From Saccharofermentans sp. (GTDB lineage Bacteria > Bacillota > Clostridia > Saccharofermentanales > Saccharofermentanaceae): DNA of 64,000 nt. The position numbers were made by a program, and so were the translations under genes. The DNA is taken from NCBI GenBank assembly GCA_045616305.1, contig JAZLGO010000029.1, positions 50 to 64,049 on the forward strand, written 5' to 3'. The notes beneath the pieces were generated by a model. That model did no database searches and was not told where the DNA came from. It worked only from the letters and a program-made list of their open reading frames with translations. Positions within the stretch are counted from its first letter, which is position 1. The number at the start of each line of letters is the position of its first letter. Below, piece by piece: positions 38,981 through 48,940 of this stretch.

Positions 38981-41900
38981 ATGAGAACCAATAGATTTAT
39001 TGCATTTATTTTGGCGTTTGCTATGTTTGTAAGCGCATTTTGTTTTCCGATTGACAAGAATTCTTTATCCATCAGAGCCGATGAAGTTGATTCTGAAATG
39101 CTGTTAAAGGAAAAATCAGAACAGGAAGAGGGAATAAGGGAATTTGTAACCAGAATGTACAGGGTATGTCTGGACAGAACCCCTGACGAAGAAGGTCTTA
39201 ACGGTTGGACGGAAAAATTGATTAATAAGGAAGCCACAGGTTGTTCAGTTGCTTACGGTTTTATTTTCAGTCCGGAATTTCAGGGGAAGCAAGCTACAAA
39301 AGCGCAATATGTAGCATATATGTATGATGCTTTTTTTGGACGTAAGCCGGATAAAGACGGATTTGAATATTGGGTAGACTTACTTGATAACGGAATGGAA
39401 AGAGAAGATGTTTTCTGCGGATTTGCCAATTCACAGGAGTTTGCCGACCTTTGTGAGGAATACGGCGTTGTAAGAGGATATCATATATCAGGAACGGAAT
39501 ATAACAAGACGGCCTTAGTAAATCTTTTTGTAGAACGACTTTATAATGTGGTTTTGAATCGAACCTGTGACCAAGAGGGAATGGCAGGTTGGACAACTAA
39601 CCTTGTTAATCATACAATGTCCGGCGGTGAGGTTGCTTATGGTTTTGTATTCAGTCCGGAACTATTAAATAAAGACTTATGTAATAAGCATTATACTGAG
39701 ATACTGTATGAAGCTTTTCTCGGAAGAAGTTCAGATGAGAACGGTGAAGCTTACTGGATATCTAAATTGGTTAATGGTGAGTCACGAGAGAATGTATTTA
39801 ACGGTTTTGCAGGTTCTGTTGAATTCTCGGTGATTTGTGAGTCCTATGGCATAGAAGCCGGCAAAGTTGAGGTAAACGGAGTCACCTATGGAGACGGTGA
39901 AAACTGTGTAATGTGTGAGGAAGAAAATATGCCTGTTCCGGTGCCTACAGCAACGGACGGAGTAACGCCGACAAAAGCGCCGGGTGTTTCTATAGGTAAC
40001 AACGGTTCTTCTGATAACGATGACGCTTCAAGCGGCAACGGTTCTTCAAGTAGTAACAATCCTTCAAGTACCAACGGTTCATCAAACAACAGCGGTTCCT
40101 CAAGTAATAACGGAGCTTCAAGCGGCAGCGGTACAGAAGGCGGCAGCGGTACAGAAGGCGGCAACGGTTCAGAAGGCGGAAGCGGAACAGAAGGCGGCAA
40201 CGGTTCAGAGGGCGGTAACGGTACAGAGGGCGGTAACGGTTCATCTAATCCGCCTGTTACCGAATGGACTGATTTTGTAACTTATGAACAGTTTGGCGCT
40301 GTGGGTGATGGGGTTACAAATGACTATAATGCTATTGTAGCGGCGCATACTTATGCCAACGAGAATGATTTACCGGTAAAAGCAAAAGACGGAGCAGTAT
40401 ATTATGTCGGTAATCTGAATCCGAACAATACGGCGGGTGCAATAGTAACAACTGATACTGATTGGACGGGAGCCAAATTTATAATTGACGATTCTTTGAT
40501 GAGTAATACTGTAAATGAAAGAGAAGCATTTTTATTTACTATAGCATCTAAAAGAGAGATGGAGGAAAAATGGATTGTTCAGTCTGATGACACAAGAATG
40601 ATAGGACTTGATCCTAATCTTTCTTCTTATCCGGAATATCCGACTCAGATTCCGGTGAGTCAAGCAAATTCTATGCTTAACAGGAGTTTCCCTGCAGGTA
40701 CAACCAAGCTTGAGGGAGATTTTGGAGAACAGGCTCTTTACGTATTAGAGACTCCTTATTTTACACGTTGGGGAAGAAGAGGATATGATAACGGCAGAGC
40801 TCAGAAAGAAGCTATTATAGTTAACAGTGACGGAACGATAAATCAGACTTCTCCGATTGAATGGCCGTGGGAACACATATTTATAATTAAAAAGTTTGCT
40901 ATAGATGAGAATCCTTTGTACATAAAAGGCGGTTCTTTTACTACGATTGTAAATACACTTAATACTGCAAGCGGTTGCTATCGTGGAATTCATTTAACTC
41001 GATCAAATACGATAATAGACGGTGTTGAACATTATCTGACAGGAGAGGAGGTTGCTCCTACAGCGGTATACTCAAATATAAGCTATCCGACATTAGGTGC
41101 ACCGTACGGTGGTTTCATAAGAATTGAGAATTGTGCTTTTATTACATTGCGTAATCTTAAGACTTCTGCGCATAAGAAATCATATATCCAAGGTAAAAGC
41201 ACTGCACCGTATGAAATATATGCCGAATTTGTTTGTGGCATTAATCTGGAAAATTGCACTGACGTGACTGATATTATGGATAAATCACGTTGGGGAACGT
41301 TCGCAACAAATTACTGTAAATCTATTGTTGTTGATTCGTGTCGATTTAATCGAGTAGATGCTCACATGGGGGTATACAATATAACGGTTAAGAATTCTAC
41401 CTTGGGATATATAGGTCTTCTTGCGGTTGGATTCGGAAATATGAATTTGGAGAATTGTACATTGTACAGCAATTACCTGGTTGGTTTCAGAACGGATTAC
41501 GGTTCGGCCTGGTACGGAGATATCAGCATAAAAAATTGTACTTGGAAGCCGAATGAAAACAGTTTTTATATGTTTGATGCCAAATTTGATACAGAGTTTG
41601 ATTACTGCTACGAACATGTGGACGGTTATGCTGTTTGTATGGCTGAACATATAAATATAGACAACCTTACTGTAGATTTGTCAGCATTTACGTCACCTTC
41701 ATTATTTACCAATAAAATGAATGTATTTTCAATTACAACCAATGAGAAAATAAACGGAGTAATGACGGAATACAATCAAGCCTACCTTAATTCGACAAGA
41801 AACCTATATCCGCACAGACCGCCTAAAGAAGTAAATATCAGCAATTTGACTTTTATTATTAATTCGAATTTGAAGGCAAACGGAAAGCTTGATGTGGTGT

Positions 41901-41992
41901 TGAGAAAGGACGGTTCGGCAGATTTCTACAAACCGACAACACTGAATTATAATCCGAATACAACTCAGTATATTTATTCAGACGGTAATTAA
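38981..41992 (+). CDS. Secreted surface protein: DUF4214-type repeats, Gly/Ser linker, pectin-lyase-like beta-helix
   Basis: Signal peptide; repeated FV.RLY...L.R..D..G...W and F..S.EF units; FVTYEQFGAVGDGVTNDY beta-helix start motif. Confidence 0.78.
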   Translation: MRTNRFIAFILAFAMFVSAFCFPIDKNSLSIRADEVDSEMLLKEKSEQEEGIREFVTRMYRVCLDRTPDEEGLNGWTEKLINKEATGCSVAYGFIFSPEFQGKQATKAQYVAYMYDAFFGRKPDKDGFEYWVDLLDNGMEREDVFCGFANSQEFADLCEEYGVVRGYHISGTEYNKTALVNLFVERLYNVVLNRTCDQEGMAGWTTNLVNHTMSGGEVAYGFVFSPELLNKDLCNKHYTEILYEAFLGRSSDENGEAYWISKLVNGESRENVFNGFAGSVEFSVICESYGIEAGKVEVNGVTYGDGENCVMCEEENMPVPVPTATDGVTPTKAPGVSIGNNGSSDNDDASSGNGSSSSNNPSSTNGSSNNSGSSSNNGASSGSGTEGGSGTEGGNGSEGGSGTEGGNGSEGGNGTEGGNGSSNPPVTEWTDFVTYEQFGAVGDGVTNDYNAIVAAHTYANENDLPVKAKDGAVYYVGNLNPNNTAGAIVTTDTDWTGAKFIIDDSLMSNTVNEREAFLFTIASKREMEEKWIVQSDDTRMIGLDPNLSSYPEYPTQIPVSQANSMLNRSFPAGTTKLEGDFGEQALYVLETPYFTRWGRRGYDNGRAQKEAIIVNSDGTINQTSPIEWPWEHIFIIKKFAIDENPLYIKGGSFTTIVNTLNTASGCYRGIHLTRSNTIIDGVEHYLTGEEVAPTAVYSNISYPTLGAPYGGFIRIENCAFITLRNLKTSAHKKSYIQGKSTAPYEIYAEFVCGINLENCTDVTDIMDKSRWGTFATNYCKSIVVDSCRFNRVDAHMGVYNITVKNSTLGYIGLLAVGFGNMNLENCTLYSNYLVGFRTDYGSAWYGDISIKNCTWKPNENSFYMFDAKFDTEFDYCYEHVDGYAVCMAEHINIDNLTVDLSAFTSPSLFTNKMNVFSITTNEKINGVMTEYNQAYLNSTRNLYPHRPPKEVNISNLTFIINSNLKANGKLDVVLRKDGSADFYKPTTLNYNPNTTQYIYSDGN
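39998..40243 (+). repeat. 18-bp coding tandem repeat (GG[SN]G[TS]E and NGSSS units)
   Basis: About 7 units of GGCGGNARCGGTWCAGAR at 40121-40243, preceded by degenerate 18-nt units. Confidence 0.85.
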
Positions 41993-42105
41993 CACCGATT
42001 AGTTTATCGATCTGTTGCCTGCTGATGAATGTTGTAGGCGCAGGTCGATTTGTTTGTTATAATAGTCACAAAATTATATGTGTATAGAATAAGTGAGGGG
42101 ATTTT

Positions 42106-42576
42106 GTGACTGTTTTTGATTTGTTGGAAAAATATAATATGAAACCACATGAAGAGAACGGTAGTTATGCGGAATGCCACTTTCGATATGATAAGGAAGG
42201 CAGAGCGCCTTCCGGAAGCTCATATTTCTATGTGCCTGCGGGTGAGAAAACCCTTTTTCACAGAATAGATTGTGATGAATATTGGTGCTTTAATGCGGGT
42301 GATGCACTTGAGGTTTGGATAGTTAATGTAAACGGAACACTTGAGATAAAAAGATTAGGTCTCGACAAGGATTGTGAACAATTGTTATATTTCCCTAGGG
42401 GTGTTATTTTCGCAAGCAGGAGCCTCAATAAAGACGGTGACGGCACATTTTTTACCTGCATAACAGTTCCGAGGTTCAGTTATGACGGTTTTGAACTATT
42501 GGAAAGAGAAGAAGTAACCCGAATTTGTCCGGAGACTGAGGAATTTTATTTCAGTCAGAAGTGTAGTCACAGATGA
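42106..42576 (+). CDS. Cupin (Cupin_5/DUF985-like) protein
   Basis: MKPHEENGSY, FHRIDCDEYW, P-x-G-x-IFAS, TVPRFSYDGFEL. Confidence 0.75.
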   Translation: MTVFDLLEKYNMKPHEENGSYAECHFRYDKEGRAPSGSSYFYVPAGEKTLFHRIDCDEYWCFNAGDALEVWIVNVNGTLEIKRLGLDKDCEQLLYFPRGVIFASRSLNKDGDGTFFTCITVPRFSYDGFELLEREEVTRICPETEEFYFSQKCSHR

Positions 42577-42588
42577 GGAGATTAATAG

Positions 42589-43010
42589 ATGGTAACAGTT
42601 CACGACGGAAAAAGAGTTTCCAAGGCGGATACATATTTGAATTGTGCGGAAGTATTTGCCTGTCGAAGCACTTGCCTTAAACGCAAATACGGTGCGGTTA
42701 TTGTAAAAGATGATGTAGTAATATCTACGGGATATAACGGTTCTCCCAGAGGAAAAGCAAATTGCTGTGATATAGGCGAATGCATCAGGGTGAGGGCTAT
42801 GCCGGTTGTATGGCGGTTTATGCTGAGGCTAATGCACTTCTTAATTGTTCCGGAGAACAAACGATTGGTGCTGATTTATCCGGCAAAACCGTGTTCTTAA
42901 TGTGCAAGACACATAATTCAGGCAGGAATTCACAATATTTATTTGAGACAAAGTTCGCAAGCCGATGATTTGTAGTATCGGCAGATGAGCTGGAATGGGT
43001 TATAAGGTGA
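42589..43010 (+). pseudogene. Decayed dCMP deaminase (ComEB-like)
   Basis: RSTCLKRKYGAVIVKD...STGYNGSPRG; frameshift; HAE replaced by YAE in another frame; PCxxC reads PCS*CARHIIQAGI with TAA at 42898. Confidence 0.8.
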
Positions 43011-43017
43011 CGAATAT

Positions 43018-43473
43018 ATGATAATACGAAAAGAAAAAAACATGATGATTGGTATTTTGTCCTTATTGTGTTTTTTGACCGGATGCAACAGTGAACCTGA
43101 CAAGGTCATTAAGGGAGAGAGCAGTACAACAGAATCTTCGGTTACAACAACTGAAACTGTTACAGAGATAACTGAAGCGGCGATTGTGTCAGAGACTGAT
43201 GTTATCGTAAGTGATGCTTCTGAAAACGGTAACGAATCGATGAAAGAAGTTTTTACAGAAGAACAACTTCAGAAGATTGAGGAATTGATTTCTCCCAAAG
43301 ATTATGAGAAATTTATCTCTGTTATCGAAAACGGAAAAGTTACTGTTGAGGAGAATGAATTAGACAGAAAAATCATTGCTTCGGATTCAGGTGATAAATT
43401 TATCGTTGAGATAAGCGTTGATGTGATTATCAGCATTCAACGCGGAGATACGGTATTGTTTACGGCTTACTGA
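43018..43473 (+). CDS. Hypothetical lipoprotein with Ser/Thr-rich linker
   Basis: Lipobox LTGC; SSTTESSVTTTET. Confidence 0.65.
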   Translation: MIIRKEKNMMIGILSLLCFLTGCNSEPDKVIKGESSTTESSVTTTETVTEITEAAIVSETDVIVSDASENGNESMKEVFTEEQLQKIEELISPKDYEKFISVIENGKVTVEENELDRKIIASDSGDKFIVEISVDVIISIQRGDTVLFTAY

Positions 43474-43484
43474 TTGAAAACTTT

Positions 43485-44000
43485 TTGCGGAGGAAATACA
43501 AGTTGAGTAAAAAAATACCTTTCAGAGAGATAAGTGAAAAGGACGAAGAAATTATTAAATTTGCTTGTAAGGAAGGCAAATCTAATTCAATAAAAGCATT
43601 CGTTATAGCTGCGATACTGTTTTTGATAGCAGTAGGCGCGCCGATTGTTATGTATATGAACGGCGATGATATTAATTTAGTGTTTTTACTCGTGTGGGGC
43701 ATAGCTTTATTGATATTTATTATACCTTGCGTAAAGGGAGGAATCAGAGGGCTGAAGCCGGCTCAGGGTATCTGTGAGGCCAAAATTGTTGATAAAAGAA
43801 TAGACGAGAACAGGGATTCTGATGGTCAAACATTGATATCTCATTATGTTACACTTGAACTTGATGACGGAGCCACGGCTGAACGTTTTGTAACCGATGA
43901 TGAATTCAAGAGAATTCAGTTAGGTTCTGTTGTTTATTTGTTGAAAATCGGTGTCGACAAAAAAGGAAAAGATAGAATACGTCTTGTCGTTCCCGGATAA
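43485..44000 (+). CDS. Hypothetical two-TM protein with OB-fold-like C-terminus
   Basis: Two TMs then AKIVDKRI...YVTLELDDG; start uncertain. Confidence 0.55.
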   Translation: MRRKYKLSKKIPFREISEKDEEIIKFACKEGKSNSIKAFVIAAILFLIAVGAPIVMYMNGDDINLVFLLVWGIALLIFIIPCVKGGIRGLKPAQGICEAKIVDKRIDENRDSDGQTLISHYVTLELDDGATAERFVTDDEFKRIQLGSVVYLLKIGVDKKGKDRIRLVVPG

Positions 44001-44120
44001 TTTTATTATTTGTGATATTATTTGTGAGACATACTGTGTCATATTCGTAAATTGTGCATCATTATGTCCTGTTAATTTTCTTTTCGGGAATTATGATGAG
44101 ACTGTAGGAGGAAACATTCA

Positions 44121-44681
44121 ATGGATCAGCAAAAGATTGGTTTATTCTTGAAGGAGCTTCGTAAAGAAAAAAATCTTACTCAGGAAAAGTTGGCAGATAA
44201 ACTGTTCGTATCAAGAAGAACTGTATCAAGATGGGAGACCGGAAGCAATATGCCGGATATGGAAATGTTGATTGAACTTGCTGATTTATATGATGTGGAA
44301 CTCCGCGAGATTTTGAGCGGAGAAAGGAAGACACAGATGGTAAGTCAGGAGATAAGAGAAACAGCTATATTAACTTCAGAATACGAGAATGCTAAATTCA
44401 AAAAAATAAAAATGTATTATCATATCTTATACATTATTACTTTTTGTTTTGGTTTGCTTACTTTGATAATTGAGCTTAAAGGATTGACCGGTTCTCCATG
44501 GGATTTTTTGAGCGGATGCGGTTTTGGAATGACGTTAGGCGGAGTTTTTATTAGTGTGATATTTACTTCTAAACTGACTGATGACAAAGACAGAGCATAT
44601 AAGTTTTTCTCAAATTCATGTTATTTTCCTTTTAAGGCATTTGACAAAGTAACCGGCCCAAAGAAGCCTCATAAGGAGTGA
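44121..44681 (+). CDS. XRE-family HTH regulator with C-terminal TM helices
   Basis: IGLFLKELRKEKNLTQEKLA...VSRRTVSRWETG..MPD; RBS AGGAGG. Confidence 0.88.
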   Translation: MDQQKIGLFLKELRKEKNLTQEKLADKLFVSRRTVSRWETGSNMPDMEMLIELADLYDVELREILSGERKTQMVSQEIRETAILTSEYENAKFKKIKMYYHILYIITFCFGLLTLIIELKGLTGSPWDFLSGCGFGMTLGGVFISVIFTSKLTDDKDRAYKFFSNSCYFPFKAFDKVTGPKKPHKE

Positions 44682-44734
44682 TTAGCAATAAAAAGGAGTT
44701 CGCATTTAATGTCGATCTCCTTTAACTGATGTAA

Positions 44735-45271
44735 TCATATTTTTATACTCTTTGAGATAGGAATAAAAAGTATATATGCCAGTACGCTTCCGATTGCAGC
44801 TGTAATCAATTGTGTAAACGAGAAGGTCATCTGAATAGTTGTCAACATAGCTGACATTTTGTCCGGAAGAAAAGCCGGAACAATGATTAAAGATATTACA
44901 ACTCCCATAAAGGCGGCTTTTAATATTGTACCGACCGTGAGTGATATAGGAAAACCGACTTTTTTGTTAGGCTTTTCCTTCAAAAGAAAAATGCAGATAA
45001 CATAGATTAAGTTGCCTACGATTACACACGGAATAATCATAGGTATTGCCGCCATAATCGGGCTTCCTGTAATTATAAAAGAGGTAATCGGCGTGATTAC
45101 AGAAAGTGCAACTGCATATCTGATTCCGGCAGTTAATACGCAGAGTACCAAACAGACATTGATAATCGGTCCTGTAATATAAACAGAAGTATTCTTAAGG
45201 AATTGACTGACTATGCATATAGCAAGAAGAATCGCTGCATAGGCCAACGATTTGGATTTATTTTTACTCAT
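44735..45271 (-). CDS. ECF transporter S component (CblT-like)
   Basis: About 6 TMs; SQ...ITGPIIN, ITP, GN, F..TQLITAAIG; start moved to MSKNK behind AAAGGA. Confidence 0.7.
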   Translation of the reverse strand: MSKNKSKSLAYAAILLAICIVSQFLKNTSVYITGPIINVCLVLCVLTAGIRYAVALSVITPITSFIITGSPIMAAIPMIIPCVIVGNLIYVICIFLLKEKPNKKVGFPISLTVGTILKAAFMGVVISLIIVPAFLPDKMSAMLTTIQMTFSFTQLITAAIGSVLAYILFIPISKSIKI

Positions 45272-45368
45272 ACTATTATCCTTTCGGAAACAACATAACA
45301 TGTTTTTATGTTGTTTTTTTCCCTTTTCGAAAAGCTGAATGTCAGGCGAACGACAAATATCAGTAAAG

Positions 45369-45397
45369 AATATAGCACGATATTTTTCTTTTGTGAA
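45369..45397 (-). promoter_or_regulatory. Promoter of the ECF S component gene
   Basis: Minus strand TTCACA-17-TATATT with TGn extended -10. Confidence 0.55.
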
Positions 45398-45496
45398 CTG
45401 CTTAATAAATGTGATATATTGAAATACAGAATGAATACTGAATGAATACTGAATGCTTTATTCCGTTTCCTGAATTAGAGTAAGTGCCCGTTGTAT

Positions 45497-45526
45497 TTGA
45501 CAATAATGTGCGTTTAAGTGTAAAAT
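45497..45526 (+). promoter_or_regulatory. sigma-A promoter of argF
   Basis: TTGACA-18-TAAAAT. Confidence 0.6.
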
Positions 45527-45570
45527 ACTTTTTTAACATGAATATTATTCGTGCAAAAGGAGATGGGCAA

Positions 45571-46554
45571 ATGAATTTAAAAGGACGCGATTTTTTAAAG
45601 CTTCTCGATTTTACATCAGAGGAAATCGAATATCTGGTGGATTTGGCTGCAGACCTTAAGGATAAAAAGAAGAAGGGTATACCTGTAGACACTTTGCGCG
45701 GCAAGAACGTTGCGCTTATTTTTGAGAAGACCAGTACACGAACTCGTTGTTCCTTTGAAGTTGCAGCTCATGACTTGGGAATGGGTACTACATACCTTGA
45801 TCCTTCCGGATCACAGATCGGAAAGAAGGAGAGTATAGCTGATACCGCACGAGTTTTAGCCGGTATGTTTGACGGTATTGAGTACCGTGGTTACGGACAG
45901 GAAATAGTAGAGGAGCTTGCAGAATATTCTAAAGTTCCGGTTTGGAACGGTCTTACAAATGAGTTCCATCCGACACAGATGCTGGCAGATTTGCTTACGA
46001 TAAAGGAACATTTTGGCTATTATAAAGGAATAAAGCTTACATATATGGGTGACGCTCGTTACAATATGGGAAATTCACTCATGGTTACGTGTGCCAAGAT
46101 GGGAATGCATTTTACGGCATGTACTTCAGAGAAGTATTTCCCTGACGCTGCACTTGTTGAGAAGTGCAGAGCAATTGCCGAGACAACAGGCGGAAGTATT
46201 ACTCTTACAGACGATGTTGTTTCCGGTACAAAGAATGTAGATGTAATTTATACTGATGTTTGGGTTTCAATGGGTGAGCCTGATGAGATTTGGGAAGAAC
46301 GTATTCATGATTTGCTTCCTTATCAGGTAAATAAGGCCGCAATGGATAATGCAGGTGAAAAAGCCGTATTTTTGCATTGTCTGCCGGCTTTCCATGATCT
46401 CGATACTAAGATAGGAAAAGAGATAAAGAAACGCTTTGGAATTTCAGAGATGGAAGTTACAGATGAAGTATTTGAATCTGAACAATCTCTTGTTTTTGAA
46501 GAAGCAGAGAACAGAATGCATACAATAAAAGCGATTATGGCAGCAACATTGTGA
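45571..46554 (+). CDS. argF: Ornithine carbamoyltransferase
   Basis: [45 protein letters not shown]; RBS AAAGGAG. Confidence 0.96.
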   Translation: MNLKGRDFLKLLDFTSEEIEYLVDLAADLKDKKKKGIPVDTLRGKNVALIFEKTSTRTRCSFEVAAHDLGMGTTYLDPSGSQIGKKESIADTARVLAGMFDGIEYRGYGQEIVEELAEYSKVPVWNGLTNEFHPTQMLADLLTIKEHFGYYKGIKLTYMGDARYNMGNSLMVTCAKMGMHFTACTSEKYFPDAALVEKCRAIAETTGGSITLTDDVVSGTKNVDVIYTDVWVSMGEPDEIWEERIHDLLPYQVNKAAMDNAGEKAVFLHCLPAFHDLDTKIGKEIKKRFGISEMEVTDEVFESEQSLVFEEAENRMHTIKAIMAATL

Positions 46555-46635
46555 TTTGCTTCAGTTATGCGGTTTTCTCTCTCGGAAAAAAATGATATAG
46601 GATTGTTTTCGTGTGATTGATTAACAGGAGAGAAT

Positions 46636-47280
46636 ATGAGTAGTAAAGAGATTTCTGAGAATTTTTCAGTAGCACTCGGGCTGTTTGATTATATTAATCC
46701 GATATTTTATGCAGTAACGAGTATTACCATTGCTGTTAATATGTATTCGGTGATGCCGGCATATGTGTTTTTTGCATATCTTATCGGTGCTATAATTTCT
46801 CTTGCTTTCGGGTTATCAATTCCTACCGTTAAACTCATGGTAGGATTAGGTAAGATGAAATTTTCTATGCCGGTTAATCTTGTTTTTTACGTTAATTCCG
46901 GAATACTTCTTTCAGGTCTTATGCTTTTGGAAGAAGTAATCAGACCATCATTATTAATATTGGGACTTATAGCTTTAGTAATTGTCGGTTTGCTTTTTGT
47001 GGTATATTACCGGAAAAGAAAGTTTAATACTGTAGCGGTATTAACAGGGGCTTTCGGTTATATGTTTATTTATTTAAGCATGATAACTTATTCTCTCAGA
47101 GAAGGGATGATATTTCCGGTTGTATTGTACGGAACAGCCATACTTCTTTTTGTGTCTTTGTGTTGTATAGGAATAAAAGCCAATCTTAAAGATGCCAGAG
47201 TGCATTGGATTATCGAGATATGTAATGTGCTGTGTCAGATGATTGTGGCAGTTGCTACTCTGCTTACTTTTCTATTGTAA
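46636..47280 (+). CDS. Hypothetical multi-pass membrane protein
   Basis: About 7 TMs; C-terminal HWIIEICN; RBS AGGAG. Confidence 0.65.
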   Translation: MSSKEISENFSVALGLFDYINPIFYAVTSITIAVNMYSVMPAYVFFAYLIGAIISLAFGLSIPTVKLMVGLGKMKFSMPVNLVFYVNSGILLSGLMLLEEVIRPSLLILGLIALVIVGLLFVVYYRKRKFNTVAVLTGAFGYMFIYLSMITYSLREGMIFPVVLYGTAILLFVSLCCIGIKANLKDARVHWIIEICNVLCQMIVAVATLLTFLL

Positions 47281-47282
47281 AT

Positions 47283-47640
47283 ATGGAAAAGGATTTATTT
47301 AAGCCGATAATAGGCTTGATAGTGGTTTCTGTGAGAAGTAAAACAGTTGAGACAGTAGACAGTAAGTGAACCGGTTGTAGGTGAATTGTCATCGTTTCAG
47401 TCTCGTAACGGAAGTAAGCGTAAGGCTTTATCTGCTGAATTTCAAAAGTGTAGAACTCATTCCAATACAGGCGGTATTAACAGAGCTAAGCTGGTTACAA
47501 GTTAGAGAGAAGAGGCGCTGTTCACGACGCGGTGTTTATCATATTGATTCTGCAGGATTTGATGCCTTGAAAGAATATGAAGATACATTGCTTCTTTTGA
47601 AAAGAGAACAAAAAATGATGAGAAGTAAAAGAAAGGCAGG
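47283..47640 (+). pseudogene. Decayed DUF2161-like (PD-(D/E)XK) gene
   Basis: Fragments MEKDLFKPI, GLIVVS..KTVE, KRKALSAEFQKCRTHSNTGGINRAKLVTS*REEAL and RGVYHIDSAGFDAL in collinear order across frames. Confidence 0.6.
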
Positions 47641-47675
47641 CAGTCTCAAACGTTTGCAGAGACTAGCCTGCCTAT
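47634..47675. terminator. Hairpin terminator at the bdh 3' end
   Basis: AGGCAGGCAGTCTC...GAGACTAGCCTGCCT. Confidence 0.65.
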
Positions 47676-47682
47676 TAGTTCG

Positions 47683-48882
47683 TTAATTCATGTTGGCCAT
47701 TTTGTAAATTTGAACCATATCATCGAGCTCTAACAGTTTGGCTGAACCCTTAGGACCGCCGCAGGCGTTATAACAGCTTGAAGCCATCTCGGATATTTGT
47801 GCATCGGTAGGAGATATGCCCAATTCCTTAAAGTTAACAGGCATTCCTATCGAATGATAGAAGTCTTCCATAGCTTCAATTCCTTTGAGTGCTATAGTTT
47901 CATCAGAATCAGAATCTGCTGCCTGTATACCCATTACATTTTTTGCATAACGTACAAAGCGTGGCAGACAATTTTTGTAAACATATCTTGCCCAACTTGG
48001 CCAAATTGCTGCAAGCCCGGCACCGTGTGTAACATCAAACATGCCGCCCATCTCATGTTCTAACATGTGGCTGGCAAAGTCTCCGCCGTCGTTTCCGCAT
48101 CCCGTAAGGTCATTATGTGCCAAACTTCCGGCCCACATAATTTCAGCGCGGGCCTCATAATTGTCAGGATTGTTATGTAGAATCTTTGCATTTTTTATAA
48201 CAGTTCTCAGAAGAGCTTCGGCAAGGGCGTCTGTCAATTCCATATTACCGCCGTTAGTAAAATATCTCTCCATGGTATGCATCATAATATCAGTGCAACC
48301 GCTTTCAGTTTGATAGTCAGGAAGCGTCATGGTTAATTCTGGATTCATAACAGCAAACTTAGGTCTTGCAATGTTGTCATTATATGAGCGCTTACAGCCT
48401 GTAGAAGCCTTGGTAATAACGCAACTGTTGCTTGTCTCTGAACCTGCTGCCGATATCGTAAGAACTACACCGACAGGATAACAACCGGTAGCTTTAACCT
48501 GCTTCTCCTTTGAGAACAATTCCCAAATGTCACCGTTATATGCCAAACCGTATGCTATGGCTTTGGAAGAATCTATAACACTGCCTCCTCCTACGGCGAG
48601 AATAAAATCAACATTTTCTTTTTTACATAATTCTATTCCTTCATATACCTTTTCTATATGAGGGTTAGGAACGACACCGCCAAGTTCGACATGTGATATT
48701 CCTGCATCATCAAGTGAGGACTTGATTCGGTCAATAAGACCTGATTTTACAGCACTTTTTCCGCCATAGTGGATGAGTACTTTTTTTGCTCCCTGTTCGA
48801 GAACCAGTTTGCCTGTCTCTGCTTCGGTACCTTTGCCGAAAATAACCTTTGTAGGTGAATAATATTGAAAATTAAATGCCAT
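47683..48882 (-). CDS. Iron-containing NADH-dependent alcohol (butanol) dehydrogenase
   Basis: PTKVIFGKG, GGVVPNP, AVGGGSVIDSSK, AAGSE, HTMERY, HMLEHE, HGAGLA. Confidence 0.92.
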   Translation of the reverse strand: MAFNFQYYSPTKVIFGKGTEAETGKLVLEQGAKKVLIHYGGKSAVKSGLIDRIKSSLDDAGISHVELGGVVPNPHIEKVYEGIELCKKENVDFILAVGGGSVIDSSKAIAYGLAYNGDIWELFSKEKQVKATGCYPVGVVLTISAAGSETSNSCVITKASTGCKRSYNDNIARPKFAVMNPELTMTLPDYQTESGCTDIMMHTMERYFTNGGNMELTDALAEALLRTVIKNAKILHNNPDNYEARAEIMWAGSLAHNDLTGCGNDGGDFASHMLEHEMGGMFDVTHGAGLAAIWPSWARYVYKNCLPRFVRYAKNVMGIQAADSDSDETIALKGIEAMEDFYHSIGMPVNFKELGISPTDAQISEMASSCYNACGGPKGSAKLLELDDMVQIYKMANMN

Positions 48883-48940
48883 AACACACCTCCGTAATTA
48901 ATTGCAATTAAATTATATCAAATCAGAAATTAAAGGTGAA

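Noticed and set aside
39886-40280. Repetitive ORFs in alternative frames
   Set aside because: Shadows of the 18-bp coding repeat in the surface protein.
45310-45335. Cobalamin riboswitch (AAAAGGGAA on the minus strand)
   Set aside because: Lacks the following GGTG..AATCC and the GCCACTG B12 box; the leader is too short.
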